A stretch of DNA of 63,312 nt, counting the filler, from Asterionella formosa (Eukaryota), in the NCBI GenBank assembly GCA_002256025.1. It is 11 parts of 11 records of this genome, joined end to end, with 100 filler letters (N's around TTAATTAATTAA, not from the genome) between each part and the next. Parts side by side here need not be neighbours in the genome. Positions count along the whole stretch, not along the records: positions 35,840 to 53,648 come from NKIB01004269.1; 10 more parts are not named here. One strand, given 5' to 3'. Both the position numbers and the translations under genes were made by a program. The notes below the pieces were generated by a model that was not told the DNA's origin, did no database searches, and saw nothing but the letters and a program-made list of their open reading frames with translations. Within the stretch, counting starts at the first letter, position 1. Every line of letters begins with the position of its first letter. Shown in pieces: positions 37,161-49,274 of the stretch.

Positions 37161-37332
37161 TGTTGAGACCAGTGCTGGTTTGCACTGTCGACAAGAGCTG
37201 CAACTTCGCAGGTGCGGACAAGAGAGAAAGAACAGATATTGTAGTTCTGTTGAGGGGAACCTTGTCGTGAATGAAGATGAACTACAATATTATGACTATT
37301 CTGTTGCTGTTCCAAGTACATCGTTGTTAGCA
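37161..37332 (-). repeat. Probable 5' LTR of the copia element (~172 bp)
   Basis: TGCTAA...TCAACA termini 60 nt upstream of the gag ATG; second LTR not in window. Confidence 0.45.
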
Positions 37333-38326
37333 CTCACGCATGTACCTAATCTGGTGGCTGCGCCGGTATGGTTCGTACGGCGTATGTATGGAGCATCATA
37401 TGCAGATATTCACACCTGGTACCAGTACCAGGTCCCGGTAGTTGAACAGAGGGAGTATCTCACAAAGTGATAACAGGTACCTGGTACCTGGTACCAAGTG
37501 CCAGTACCGGGTAGCTATACCGGTACCTGGTACCAGGTAATTGTTTTATGGATAAACAAAAGGATGGATAAAAAGATGAGCTGCTGGAATAGAGCGGGAC
37601 CAGTAGTCACTCAGGTGTACAGTGAACCACGTATGCACCTGATTCATGCTGTGCTGTCGACGAATGCAGAGGAGGGTGTTCTGATCAACATTCCTCGAGC
37701 ACAAAATTATTGTGAGTGGATCGGAAGCAAATTTTGTGTGCATCTCCTATACTGCTGTATAGTACACAATTCTGTAGTATCAGATGTAACGTGGCTATGA
37801 GGTACCGGTGGTACCGCCGGTCCTGTGCCCGCGCCACCTGTCTTCCTCCAATCATGATAGCTAAGATACTGTAAAAAGTTTGATGCAGCAGCAGAGTAAC
37901 CCGGCAATTACCAAAGGGCGTGCTCGTCATCGCGAACTGGAACTCTCGTTCGTATGCGACTTTCTCTCGGAAAAGTAGTCTCTTCTCATCAGCATTTGCG
38001 TCTCATTGTCTCTACCTCCCGGCATTCCAAAGAGGCAGAGACTCCCGACCCCGGAATCGGTGGAACGGTTAGAACTAACTGTAGGTCGTTGTTGCGGATG
38101 AACGTCTTGGAAAGCTTGGATTCGTCAGGGCGGTTTATCCATTTACTTATTCGTCGAAAGCGAGAGAGATTCGTCGGGCCTCAACAAACATTAGAATTCT
38201 TTCGCTTGGTTTGCCTTTCCCTTGTCGCTGATGCATCCCTCCTCTGACTCACATGCCGCGCTCTTTCTCAGCACACCGAAGTCAGGCGCTACATAACCCT
38301 TCCCTCGAAGAAGCGACCGAGTCATC

Positions 38327-40114
38327 ATGCCGCTGGGGTTTGCCAGAGATTCCGTCCTAGACCTTGCCGCAATGGCGAGGGACGACGACGAGCCTTCACT
38401 GAGTGCTCTCGGCACCACCCCGCAAATAGAAGGCGAGTCCGCGGAAATATCGCTCTTCTTCACTGATGACGCTAATCCTTCGACGAACATCGGCACGAAC
38501 TCGGATGCCGCGGACTCTGAATCGTCGGGTCAGTGCATCGACGACAATCCGGCGCCTTCGCAATACTCTGGATTCTCTGTGCACTATGCGGATTATGAAA
38601 AGGACAACGAAATGACCTATGATGTTGATCCGTATGCACCGACCATCTTTGGTGGTGCCAATCCCAATGAAGCCGGCTTGTGGTGCTGTCTCTTTCCCTG
38701 GGTCACTCCGAAGCAACTCGAGATGGAAGAATCTCAAGTACAAGTCGAAACAAAGAGCCCAAGTCAACCATCCTTGCGATCCCGCTGTACTGTTGATGCT
38801 AGCGGGAGCGAAGAAACAGACGATGATGAAGTTTCAACTGGAAGCAGTGTTGCGTACGGAGAAAAACTTACAGATAAGGATAGACTAGCGGTCGTTGCTC
38901 GACTGCGCATATCGCAAACGCCGGACTCGCAGACTGCACAGAAATTGTTAAATGGAATTCAGCACCAATCCAAAGAAGATCGAAATGGGGCAAGAGGAAT
39001 ATTGAAGCGGGGATCAGGCGCACTGAACCAGAAAACCTCGGGAGCTGCGACGGGACAACTGCAACTAAGTCTGGCTGAACATGGAAACCAGGCACGACGG
39101 TCTCTCTTTCCACAATACGACGAAAAGAAGTCCACCAAATTGGAAGAACGTGTGCAGCACCATGTTAGCTTTTCGCCCATGGCACGTGTTGTGACGGTCA
39201 AGTCTAGAGCGGACATGACGTACATGGAGAAAGCCTTGGTGTGGTGGCAGAAGCAAGATTACGAGGACTTTAAGAAGACTGGCCGTATCATTGCCAAGGC
39301 TATGCTAGAAGGAGGGAGTGAGGTGTGGCTGGCCACAAACAAATCCTGGCAAATCAAGCCACATACCAATTTGAATAGTTCTCCTCACACACGATCGTAT
39401 CACATGTCAGATCGTTCTGAAATTGTTCGGGGTCAAAATCCAGGACAAGTCTCTGCGGAAGGAAACAAGTGGTGGAATGAGTTTGGGCACTCTAGACGAG
39501 GATTGGAACACATTGCGTCGGGTGAGGAGGGACGGCAACGACAAGCCAACGTTCGAACCGCAATTCGAATGGTGGTCGAGGAACAACGACGGCAAAAGAT
39601 TTACCGCAAAGACGACACGGAGAAGATTCGCATGGTGTCTCTCCAGTATACAATATGGGCCCGTGATTTGGCTCTTGCCGCTGCTGAGTCGGATACAGAA
39701 GCGGTCCGTTCCAACTTTAGCCACCAGGCCAAAACGAGAGAGTATTACTTGCTCAAACAAGGTTTGGACAACGCCATGTCGAACAACGCCAAACAGATGC
39801 CTGCCTTTATGATGCCCATTGGTGTCTCTCCTCAAATGCTCGATGAGAATACTAGCTCCCAGATTCGATACAGGAGAAAACTGGTTGAAACTCCTCAGCA
39901 ATTAGCACGGAAAGTTTTAGATCCTGCCAAAGCCGAACCTATTCATGATCCTGATCAAAATAAGTCAAACTTGGCCAAGCAAGCTGCTGGATATGGAGTT
40001 GCTGATTCGGATATGTCCAAAGTATTGATTGGTATGGGTGTCGGTGTCGAACCAGCAGGGGATTCAACCAAGCCCATGACCCTTCCCTCTCAAACAAGTG
40101 TTGGTGCTCATTAA
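38327..40114 (+). CDS. Hypothetical protein, 595 aa, with a diatom-type conserved block
   Basis: Long GC-richer ORF; HVSFSPMARV..WWQKQDY..SRRGLEH..VVEEQRRQ..ARDLALAAAESD pattern; LWCCLFPW possible palmitoylation site. Confidence 0.85.
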   Translation: MPLGFARDSVLDLAAMARDDDEPSLSALGTTPQIEGESAEISLFFTDDANPSTNIGTNSDAADSESSGQCIDDNPAPSQYSGFSVHYADYEKDNEMTYDVDPYAPTIFGGANPNEAGLWCCLFPWVTPKQLEMEESQVQVETKSPSQPSLRSRCTVDASGSEETDDDEVSTGSSVAYGEKLTDKDRLAVVARLRISQTPDSQTAQKLLNGIQHQSKEDRNGARGILKRGSGALNQKTSGAATGQLQLSLAEHGNQARRSLFPQYDEKKSTKLEERVQHHVSFSPMARVVTVKSRADMTYMEKALVWWQKQDYEDFKKTGRIIAKAMLEGGSEVWLATNKSWQIKPHTNLNSSPHTRSYHMSDRSEIVRGQNPGQVSAEGNKWWNEFGHSRRGLEHIASGEEGRQRQANVRTAIRMVVEEQRRQKIYRKDDTEKIRMVSLQYTIWARDLALAAAESDTEAVRSNFSHQAKTREYYLLKQGLDNAMSNNAKQMPAFMMPIGVSPQMLDENTSSQIRYRRKLVETPQQLARKVLDPAKAEPIHDPDQNKSNLAKQAAGYGVADSDMSKVLIGMGVGVEPAGDSTKPMTLPSQTSVGAH

Positions 40115-42110
40115 GGCATGATTTGGCGCTTACAACATGGAATCAATCAGAGATCTGCATCTTCAGATGTTATGGTCAGATTTAGTATGGGGAGAGGTTT
40201 GTGATGCTAAGGGTCCAATAATCTTGGTATATGTATTGTGGTATTTCCAGCTAACATTAAAAAAGTAATGGCCAAGATCAATTGATTCACTGAAAACTCA
40301 TAGGCAAGATCTTTTCAGAAAAAATTGTATCTTGTCATCAAGTTTTGTTGCTTGGCACAATTTTATTTATGTCATCCATTTTATATTTTGTTGTAGCTCA
40401 AAATATGTGTATCTCCCAAGATATAGATTTAGGATAGACTATTTTTATATATAAGTGTATATCTTGTAATTAAACCCCAATGTACAATGATAAATTCTTC
40501 TGGAGTCTGACTGTATTGCTAGCTTTTTCTAGACACGCTCAATGTGCTAATACCTTTTGTTCTAGCTAATCCCAAATTATTGTTAGCGTATTTGATCTAT
40601 CTTGTACTCGTTCATATGACCAATTATTTTGGTTCTCTTCCCAAAATTCGAACAAAGATATTTATTGTTGGGTTAGACATTAAAATCTCAACTGACAACT
40701 CAACTCCACTTACTTGGTAAAACAATCGTGAACTTTCAATGCTCTCTGGCTGCATAACTTCAAACAGATAATTTTTGATTTCAATCATCCAGTAGATAAA
40801 AATGCATATGTCAGTTATGTCCTAGCAGTTGTGCCTTAATTTAATGAGAGCACTTACCAAGAATATTTTTTGTCCACATTGGTGTCTTCCCATGGAACTT
40901 TGCAAAATGAGCTATTGAATTGCTTGAGAAGAAACAAATTTAGTCTTTGTCAACCCAACAATCAATCATCCTGGCATGTGCCCTTGATGTGCAAACCATA
41001 GCAATCATATTCCATTCACTTTTCCATTTTCATTCCTTTGAAGCCACAAGGTGTATCATTGTAATGAAACATCACTTCCATTTTACTTGTCATGTGGCTA
41101 ATGTAATCTTTTAATTTCAGGATGTGTATACAGGTATGCATGAAAGGGATGTTTAAACATGATTTTAAATGTACGAGCTATGCATACATTTTAAAAATTT
41201 GTAAATATATTGATTTATTTACAGTTGAGCATTTGCATAGCTGAATGACGCATTTATATTACATATCATGTGTATACTATCATTGGTGCAAACTTACTCC
41301 TGATGCCAGGACATCGACAAACAATGTACTCTTCAATTCAATGATGCATGTTGTTGCTTTCCAGTCATTTTCTTGTTTCTGTTGATTTCTTCACATGTTT
41401 GTACTCATTGCATACAGTGTAGTGATTTGGTAGCAAAGGTGGTCTGATTTGATTGTGTGGCTGTAAAAAAATATACAACGCCCTCCATGGTGAGAGGGGG
41501 TGCTTACCAGTTCTTGTAGGATCGCTGTGATAGTACTAGCTTAGTTTCTTTTGTTTGCATTTGGATGCTTTGTCAGAATTGTTTCATAGGAACAGTTACC
41601 TCAATATTGGTATGATGTTGTCGATATTGGTGGAAAACCACATTCCAAGAAAATTTCTACTAGAGAGGAAAGCTCATTTCAAAAGGTCTCACTGATCAAA
41701 GGACTGTTGACTTGTTAAAATATTATCAACAATTGTGTGCTGAAATTGCACTGAATAACCAATCTGTGGCTGGAAGGAACCCTAGTGGGTTGGTCACTTC
41801 GGCTAGTAATGCAAGCAATTTTTCATACAAAGAAACCAAAAAAGTGAATGGCAATGCAACGGAGGGCAACACAACGGATCAGAAAGTATATGTGTCGTCT
41901 ATATAAAGACACACCAGCCAAAATTGAATTCAAAGAAATGATGAAGCAAGAATTGAAAAACAAGCATGGAATTCACGATTCAAGAAAATACTCAATACAT
42001 TCTATATTCTCATAGAATGAATGTACAGAAAAGCAAAGCTATATTACCGGTACATAACGCACTGGGATACAATTTGTTCTTTGAAGATCATGGTAAATAG
42101 CAATATCTTA

Positions 42111-43781
42111 TTATTTAACTGTCGCGACACGATCATTGGCAGTCTTGACTTGCGAAAGACCTGCTGCACCAGAAAAGAGATCGTACATGTGTTGGATACT
42201 CATCTCCTCTTTTGAATGACGACCACGAGGCATTGCAACAAAAAAGGGAGGCATCATGGGGACAGTGTCTGATGAATTGTGACTTCCAAACATGTCGATA
42301 CCCCAACCCCTATTGGTGGCTAGACTGGGATGCATCAGTACATTGTTCAAAATTTCTGGACACAGGTTGTCAATTCTTGTCAATTGACGAAGGCCCAACA
42401 TAAATGTCTTATACTCGCGATCACGAAAAAATTCTATTAGTTCATGGACGTTCATATCAGGGGAGTGTTCCAGTCCGACAACAACGACTTTCTTGTCTTG
42501 GAGAAGTGGCATGGCTTTCTTCAATATTTCCATTTGATTTGTCATTGCCATCCCGTCGACGTGCATGTATGGAATTACCGTATCTTCGTCATCGTCCCCG
42601 CCGAAAATCAAGATTTTCATGTTAGGAAGTTCATCGAATGTTTTCGAACTTTCCGCGGATTTGCGATTGCGGAGGGCTGCATCAATCTCGTCATCGTCAT
42701 TCTCCTCTTCGTGACCAGCAACATTGCCGTTTTTATCGTAGATATGGATATTATCGTGATGGCTTTGAAACCGATCTTCAATGCCTTGAAGCGTCTCATA
42801 GTCCAGATTTTCGTTTGGTGATTCGTCGGCAAAGACGTGCAGTTGAGTCCTGTAGGTCCCTCGAGCAGGCCAATGCTTAAGGGCTTCTTGAGCTAAGTGA
42901 CCGCTGTCCCTGGAACCCGCGAAGATGATATGCTGCTGGACCTCAATATTGGGACGAAAGGCGACAGCCACAGACGATATGAAACGGTTGATAACTTCAA
43001 CCTGACCCTTTGACCTGTATGTTCCTTCGACAGGTTCGGGTGCCTTCTTCATGTTAGTAGCAAGATCCCAATCAGGATTATATTCGTTGGCTTCATGCTT
43101 GTCGACGAACAAATTCATGACGCACTGGCGTCCACCTAGGTGGCGTTCACCCAATCGGTCCCAAGTTCGAGTCCCACCAACCAAACTGGTTGGAAGGAGA
43201 CCGAACTTGCTGGTAATCGCCATTATTATGACTGGTAGTATCAGTCTTAATAAATTTTGCTGCAATCCATGTTGCCGTTTGGGTGACCATGGACCATTGA
43301 GCATCCACGAGACTCGCTTTTGCAACTTTTGCTTGAGACCATTGAATACTGGTGGTGATGACGGTGAAAGTTGCTGTAGTGACGAGGTAGTTCGTGCATG
43401 AATATGAGAGTTTGGCGTTGCGGAGATTGGAGAGGAGGACGCTGCATTGCAAAGCAAAGGATGCACATGATTCCAGGCTGCAGCACCAGTATCGTTGCCG
43501 GCATCGTCATCTTCGTCGCTACCATAGCTTATCGCAAATGATCGAGCTCCCCCATACCTTGATGCGTATGTTCCAAAGCTTGGCTGTACAATTGGATTTG
43601 CTCGTGATCCGGGCGCATCTATGTATGAGCTGGTGTATATTCCGTACGGACTTGCGTCATTCTCACTCGAGAGTGGCGGCGTTGAACTTCTTTGTGGTTT
43701 CTCCTTCTCCTCTGACAGCCTTCGTGATAGAAGAGGATGTCTAATGCCCGGATAAGTAAGGCGATATGGCGAGCGATCCAT
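42111..43781 (-). CDS. Hypothetical membrane-anchored protein, 556 aa, possible divergent FkbM-like methyltransferase fold
   Basis: Long ORF, disordered N-terminus, hydrophobic LLRLILPVIIMAI, C-terminal IPYMHVDG..VGLEH..FFRDREYKTFMLG; fold call tentative. Confidence 0.75.
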   Translation of the reverse strand: MDRSPYRLTYPGIRHPLLSRRLSEEKEKPQRSSTPPLSSENDASPYGIYTSSYIDAPGSRANPIVQPSFGTYASRYGGARSFAISYGSDEDDDAGNDTGAAAWNHVHPLLCNAASSSPISATPNSHIHARTTSSLQQLSPSSPPVFNGLKQKLQKRVSWMLNGPWSPKRQHGLQQNLLRLILPVIIMAITSKFGLLPTSLVGGTRTWDRLGERHLGGRQCVMNLFVDKHEANEYNPDWDLATNMKKAPEPVEGTYRSKGQVEVINRFISSVAVAFRPNIEVQQHIIFAGSRDSGHLAQEALKHWPARGTYRTQLHVFADESPNENLDYETLQGIEDRFQSHHDNIHIYDKNGNVAGHEEENDDDEIDAALRNRKSAESSKTFDELPNMKILIFGGDDDEDTVIPYMHVDGMAMTNQMEILKKAMPLLQDKKVVVVGLEHSPDMNVHELIEFFRDREYKTFMLGLRQLTRIDNLCPEILNNVLMHPSLATNRGWGIDMFGSHNSSDTVPMMPPFFVAMPRGRHSKEEMSIQHMYDLFSGAAGLSQVKTANDRVATVK

Positions 43782-45736
43782 TGTCTCTTCTGGTTACTGT
43801 TTCATCGGGAGTAACGAGTATGGCTGTGTAAACTTCTAGAGCGTTGAAGAACCGAAATTCAAAATACAACCCCGACCCTTTGGATAATGTGACCCAGGAA
43901 AACCTCAGGGTAAGTCATTATGCCTACAATGTCATCCTTGACGAGGTTTCTTTCGGTAAAACCCAACGAACAAACTTGGGACTCTATTTCGGAAAATTCC
44001 AATTGAAGGCGTTACGATGATGTCCTCCATACTAATTTACTAATGCCTTGTTCAGGTTTGCAGAACTGGCATTTGGAGCTCGCACGTATGCCTGCCTACC
44101 GGTAGTGTCGCTGTGTCGATGTCTTGTTTTACACTTAATGACAGGAATATTCTTACTCTATAATTATACACCTTGAAAAGTTTCAAAAATACAACATTTT
44201 ATTTTTATTTATATATCATAACGGTTAATAAATCGCAATAATGAATCGCTTGGCTAGGTATGCATGTTCCGAGCACGAGTTGTGACTTTGTCACCAATAT
44301 AATACGCGCAAAATATGAAATAGGCGTTGGTCATTTTCCGGTCATCACATGCAGACACAAAGACTCGTCGCTGCCCAGTATCCATAGCTAAAATACAAAT
44401 ACCTCTTATCATACATACAATTGTGGAAAAACGGCATGCAACCAATGAAGTCTTTCCTGGTATTGTCATCCCAAATGCCATCTTGCTGCCTCTAGCCGGG
44501 AAAAGTCATTGCCAGACCAGCATACATGCTAGTCCTGAAAATGACTGATACTGACCCTGGAAGGCAGATCATGGGCACCTGGTACCTGGTGGTAGTTCCT
44601 GGGAGTGGAGAATGGGAGAGAATACCAGTACATATTACCTAGCTAGCTACCCCAAAGTAAATGTCGTGCTTTTGAGGAATGGTGTAGCTGCATGGAAAGT
44701 AGCAAATGCCAAGAATTGATGGGTTTTCCACAGCCAGAATTCCAATTAAATACCATTGTTCCTCACCAAGCAACCAAAGGAAGTCAAGCAGCAACCAGCT
44801 CACTGAAAAAGACCAACTATAAAAAGGTCCAAGACTTGGTAGGCTGTCAGGGAGACAACCCCACATCATATCATCTATCTTGGTCATCCAAAACCATTTA
44901 CAACAACAACAGACACAGCCACTGAATGAAGACAAAGAAATCTACTTTTGAAACTGAAAAGCTGCCTTCTTGGATCTGGAATCAGTAGAATCATAGTAAT
45001 TCCATATCTTCTGAGGACATGGACCTGATCAAGAAGTTGCATTGGTTTTTCACTGTCAAACCATCTTGGAAAATTTCAAAATGATGAAAATAGAGAAAGT
45101 ATCTAGTCATTGCTTCATCACCTAGCTAGCTCATGCATGCCATGCATGAGTATCAGTGATGGATAACATACATAAAATGAAATGGCCACAATGCTGTATA
45201 CCACATCATGAGAGCCATTGGCACAACGGTTTTCATAATTGTGAATGACCTATAGTTTGCATTAGCTATCATCAGCTGGCTGGCTGATAGTAGTCATATG
45301 GTCATATCCAACCTGGCCCAGTATCAGGTACCTAGTTACCAGTTACCGAGTAGTAGGTACAAAATACATGCCGTTGATTCACGACTCATTGCTCGTCGTC
45401 GTCGTCGTCGTCAGCTGCGGCGGAGCGAACCAAAATCCCCCATCAGATATTTCACATACCGGTATATACTCCGGTACCTGGTACCCTGGTACCTGGTACC
45501 AATGTACCGGTACATTTATTCACATTTGCTGTCCTTGTTACTACCGGTTGTCACACCGGTATGTAATACCAACATCACAAAATATCTCACCGGTACTCAA
45601 CCTTCCTCGGATCTCCCCCATCCATCAATGATCCAATTATTCACAGCGTCTCATCGTCTAACTCTCCACATGACAATTATTATCTCAGCTTATTGCATAG
45701 ACCATAACTTGCGGTGACGATAAGCAGAAACGAAAC

Positions 45737-46912
45737 ATGGCTGCCCCCTGCTGCACTCGTCACAGGGTTCGCCTCAGCGACGACCTGAACGATACAGCGG
45801 CGCGCAAGGTGGTTGTAGAATACTATCTCGACCGACCTGGATACAATATGGCGCACTCAAGCGCTCGCGTGTGGGACGACCCGCCAAAGACATGCGCATC
45901 GGCAGATATCGCCGGCTTTCTCGACGCGCAGGGCATCAAGTTGTTGGAGGACAGCACCTTGCTGGTCGAAGTCTATCTGGATGCCTACAATACTTTCATG
46001 CTGCTGGACGCCTGCAAGGACGCGACTGTCATCTTTGATTTTAGTGACGTTACTGCAGCAGAGCCTGGAATCCTTAACATTAGATTGACTGACCTTCTTG
46101 CCACGGCGGACGAAGGGAAACGAGAAGTAGAGCGAGGAAGTAACAGCGGGGGAACATCGTTGTGCTCTCTCAGTGCTACGGGATTGTTTGCCTTCGCACT
46201 GACAAACATATTCCAAGCGGCTGACCTTATGGAGAAGCTGTGTCCAGGCACAGTGGATTCTTCGTTTGTCTTGACATGGGGCCCCTATGCCTTCTGGGCT
46301 TCTGGTGCTGTTCAAGTTCTGGTTAGCATGGTGGCAGTGGCCCGCAACAATGTTTACGGAGCCACTGCATTTATGACATTTGGATCCTTGGCGTTGTCAA
46401 ATGGCACCAAGCTCATTTTGCAATCCTACTTTCCTGATCAAATCCCAGACTCGCTTCTCCTCGGAACAGACCATGCCGGTATATTCATTCTAAACTTTTA
46501 CATTCTCGCCTTTTGCTGTGTGCTATTCAAGCAGACATTTAACATGAACAAAATATCTTCTATTTTGATTGCCTTGCTCATTTCCCTACGGCTTGTCGCA
46601 TGTTTTTCTCAATGGTCGCTTGCCTTGCAATGGGTGCAAATGGTCCTTGCCATGTTGGTCTCACTCTGGGCCTTTTTCGCATTTACCTGTGAATTCACCA
46701 ATGAAGTTTATCACTATCAAGTGTTTTATGTATATCCATGGAACGAACCAAAGCCGGAAGAAGAATTTGGACAAATTTTTGAAGCAGCAGGACGATCACC
46801 CACACTGTATAGTTGTGCTGCCAAACTTCGCATGGCAAGCATTGTTCCAACCACAAACAACCATGCTCTTCGAATGGCATCGCCCAATCTAACTACAATT
46901 GTGGAAGAATAG
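45737..46912 (+). CDS. GPR1/FUN34/YaaH (SatP/Ato) family transporter with N-terminal soluble extension, 391 aa
   Basis: Six hydrophobic helices; GLFAFALT, SGAVQVL, RNNVYGATAFMTFG correspond to family motifs. Confidence 0.8.
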   Translation: MAAPCCTRHRVRLSDDLNDTAARKVVVEYYLDRPGYNMAHSSARVWDDPPKTCASADIAGFLDAQGIKLLEDSTLLVEVYLDAYNTFMLLDACKDATVIFDFSDVTAAEPGILNIRLTDLLATADEGKREVERGSNSGGTSLCSLSATGLFAFALTNIFQAADLMEKLCPGTVDSSFVLTWGPYAFWASGAVQVLVSMVAVARNNVYGATAFMTFGSLALSNGTKLILQSYFPDQIPDSLLLGTDHAGIFILNFYILAFCCVLFKQTFNMNKISSILIALLISLRLVACFSQWSLALQWVQMVLAMLVSLWAFFAFTCEFTNEVYHYQVFYVYPWNEPKPEEEFGQIFEAAGRSPTLYSCAAKLRMASIVPTTNNHALRMASPNLTTIVEE

Positions 46913-46999
46913 CAATTGCACCCAAAAAGAAAAGGTGCTGATAGTTGTTTAATACGAGTTTTCAAAGATCATAGATAAGGTATGACTTACATTATCATG

Positions 47000-47031
47000 T
47001 TGTCGTTGTTGTTGTTGTTGTTGTTGTTGTT
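47000..47031 (+). repeat. (TTG)n microsatellite
   Basis: Direct inspection. Confidence 0.9.
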
Positions 47032-47379
47032 TCAGGATGGCTATTGGAAAGGTTGTTACTAAACATAAACTGTTGTTGTCATTGACAATTTATGATCCTA
47101 CAATTTACATAAATATAACATGTAATGCACATCCAAATAAAAATATGAGTTACCTGGTACTCCTACCCGTTCTCATCGGAGTAAATTTTTATCATATGCA
47201 CCTACTGGTATTACCGTTGCAAGGCACCAGGTACCTCCTACCTGCCTGTATAACAAGGTTGACATGACATTTTAGCGAACTCCACTTCTACAGGAATAAT
47301 AAATATATTTTCATTTATATATTTAAAAGAATTTATATGTATAGAAAAAGTGTACTCCCTCGTTTTCATCATCATCCTC

Positions 47380-48495
47380 ATGATCCTCATGCCTCTTTCA
47401 CCGGCTACATCGACTACCTCCTTCGTCCAGCCAATGATGCATGTTCACTACTCGCCTCCAGATCTCAGTTTCCGCCATTTCTTGCGTAGAATAAGGCATG
47501 GCGGTATCATGAAACGAGGAGCTCTCGTGTTGCTGGTCTGGGTCGCCCTTCGATCCATTCATTCGCGGCATCGTATCGTCACTTCCATCCAACTGCCATT
47601 CGACGAGATCGTCGAGTACAATACCCCTGTCGCAATTGCGAAAAGGCCTCGTATTATGATTGGTGGCACAGCTCGAAACAATTTCGCCAGCTTACCATTG
47701 GTCAAGAATTCCATTAGGCGTCTGTTGAAGGAATTTGACTTGGTCGGAATGGTGTTTTTTGAAAACGATTCACAGGATGACACGCTGGAAGAATTGCGTC
47801 GCTGGAATGAAGTATTCAATGGAACGGTGCATGTCATTTCGGAAGAAAATGCAGTGAAGGAAAACTCACGGATATTGACTTTGGCATATGCGCGTAACAA
47901 GGTCATTGCCAAAATCAAGCAACTGTCACAAACAATGGCACAACCCTTTGACTATCTTTTACTATTGGACATGGACGAATCATCGGGCCACTTGTCTGGC
48001 ATGACACATTGTTTGTCACTGCCTACACCGTGGCATGTGTGTTGCGCCAACCAATATCGACTCTATTATGATCTGTTAGCTCTGTCAACGTATGATGACT
48101 GGATGACATGTTATTGGTATGATTGCCCAGAGTTTGTACAAAAGAATACCTTTCGACACATACCAGCATCTATGGATCCTATTTTGGTGGAGTCTTGCTT
48201 CAGTGGAGCTGCATTGTATCATTGGAAACTATTGGATTCACAAGTGGAAACATGGACATTGTACACTGGTCGTGATGAACAAGGAAAAGAAGAATGTGAG
48301 CATAAGAACTTTCATCGAAATTTACGAAAGATTATTACCAATTTTACTGCATACATTCAACCAAAATTTTTAACCGATGGTAGCGGGGGTGTAGTGGAAT
48401 GGTTCATTGAGAATAAACGAAAGCAACCATTATGGGAGGCAAGTTGGAATGATGCATCAATGAAGAAATATTATGGCCATCGATTTGATCCATAA
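47380..48495 (+). CDS. Type II membrane GT-A glycosyltransferase (CAP59/GT69-like or GT2-like)
   Basis: GGTARN, FENDSQDDT, LAYARN, DYLLLLDMD (DxD), YYDLLAL, VESCFSGAALY, CEH motifs; TM ALVLLVWVAL; start uncertain (first ATG 47380). Confidence 0.8.
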   Translation: MILMPLSPATSTTSFVQPMMHVHYSPPDLSFRHFLRRIRHGGIMKRGALVLLVWVALRSIHSRHRIVTSIQLPFDEIVEYNTPVAIAKRPRIMIGGTARNNFASLPLVKNSIRRLLKEFDLVGMVFFENDSQDDTLEELRRWNEVFNGTVHVISEENAVKENSRILTLAYARNKVIAKIKQLSQTMAQPFDYLLLLDMDESSGHLSGMTHCLSLPTPWHVCCANQYRLYYDLLALSTYDDWMTCYWYDCPEFVQKNTFRHIPASMDPILVESCFSGAALYHWKLLDSQVETWTLYTGRDEQGKEECEHKNFHRNLRKIITNFTAYIQPKFLTDGSGGVVEWFIENKRKQPLWEASWNDASMKKYYGHRFDP

Positions 48496-49274
48496 CGAAT
48501 GCATTAAAATTGGGACCATCATAATGCAAAGTAGATTAATAAAAACACGTCTACACTCTACAAAGAAATATGCAAAAGTTGTTCAATCTAAGCAACATTT
48601 TCAACTTGACTATTCCCTTGTGTGCATTTAGAAATTGCCAATGGCTCAAGTAAAGGTAACGTCCATATCGATTTAAGATCAGAATTCAACATTAGGAGAG
48701 GAAGAATATCTTAGAAAATGTATCATGTTTCTAGGCTTTAAAACATTAAAAATTGCTGGTGTAGCCCCGTTTCTTCTTCTTTGTTCATCTGTACACTGAG
48801 AAAAATGTTCTTAGTTGTACTTTTTCGACAAAGGGCAACTCCAGAGTGTATACAGAGTTGGCCTATGTTTTATATTGTCGATATTTAGTCATCATAACTG
48901 GAAACTCTGACTCCAATGGCTTTCCAAGCAACAGCATCCAAAATATTCAAATAGAACCATCATCACGTGACACATTATCAATGGAATTTGAGTTTTGTGT
49001 TGTAACTTTATTTTGACTCCCTGTCAAAAGTTTGATTATTGGGTTTTTGAATTGTTCACATGTTATGAGTACTTTACTTGATTGATTGTCACTAATTCTT
49101 ATTATCTTTGTCTGGAGGTTATGGCATACCAAACTATACAATTGTATACTTTTAGAATAGATAACCAAAATGATCATATACAAATCCATGAAATCTAACA
49201 TGTCTGAAGCTGTCCCAGCAATGTGGCCAAATGTGAATGGAGCCGGCCATCCTGCTGGCAGTTTTTGGCACTGT

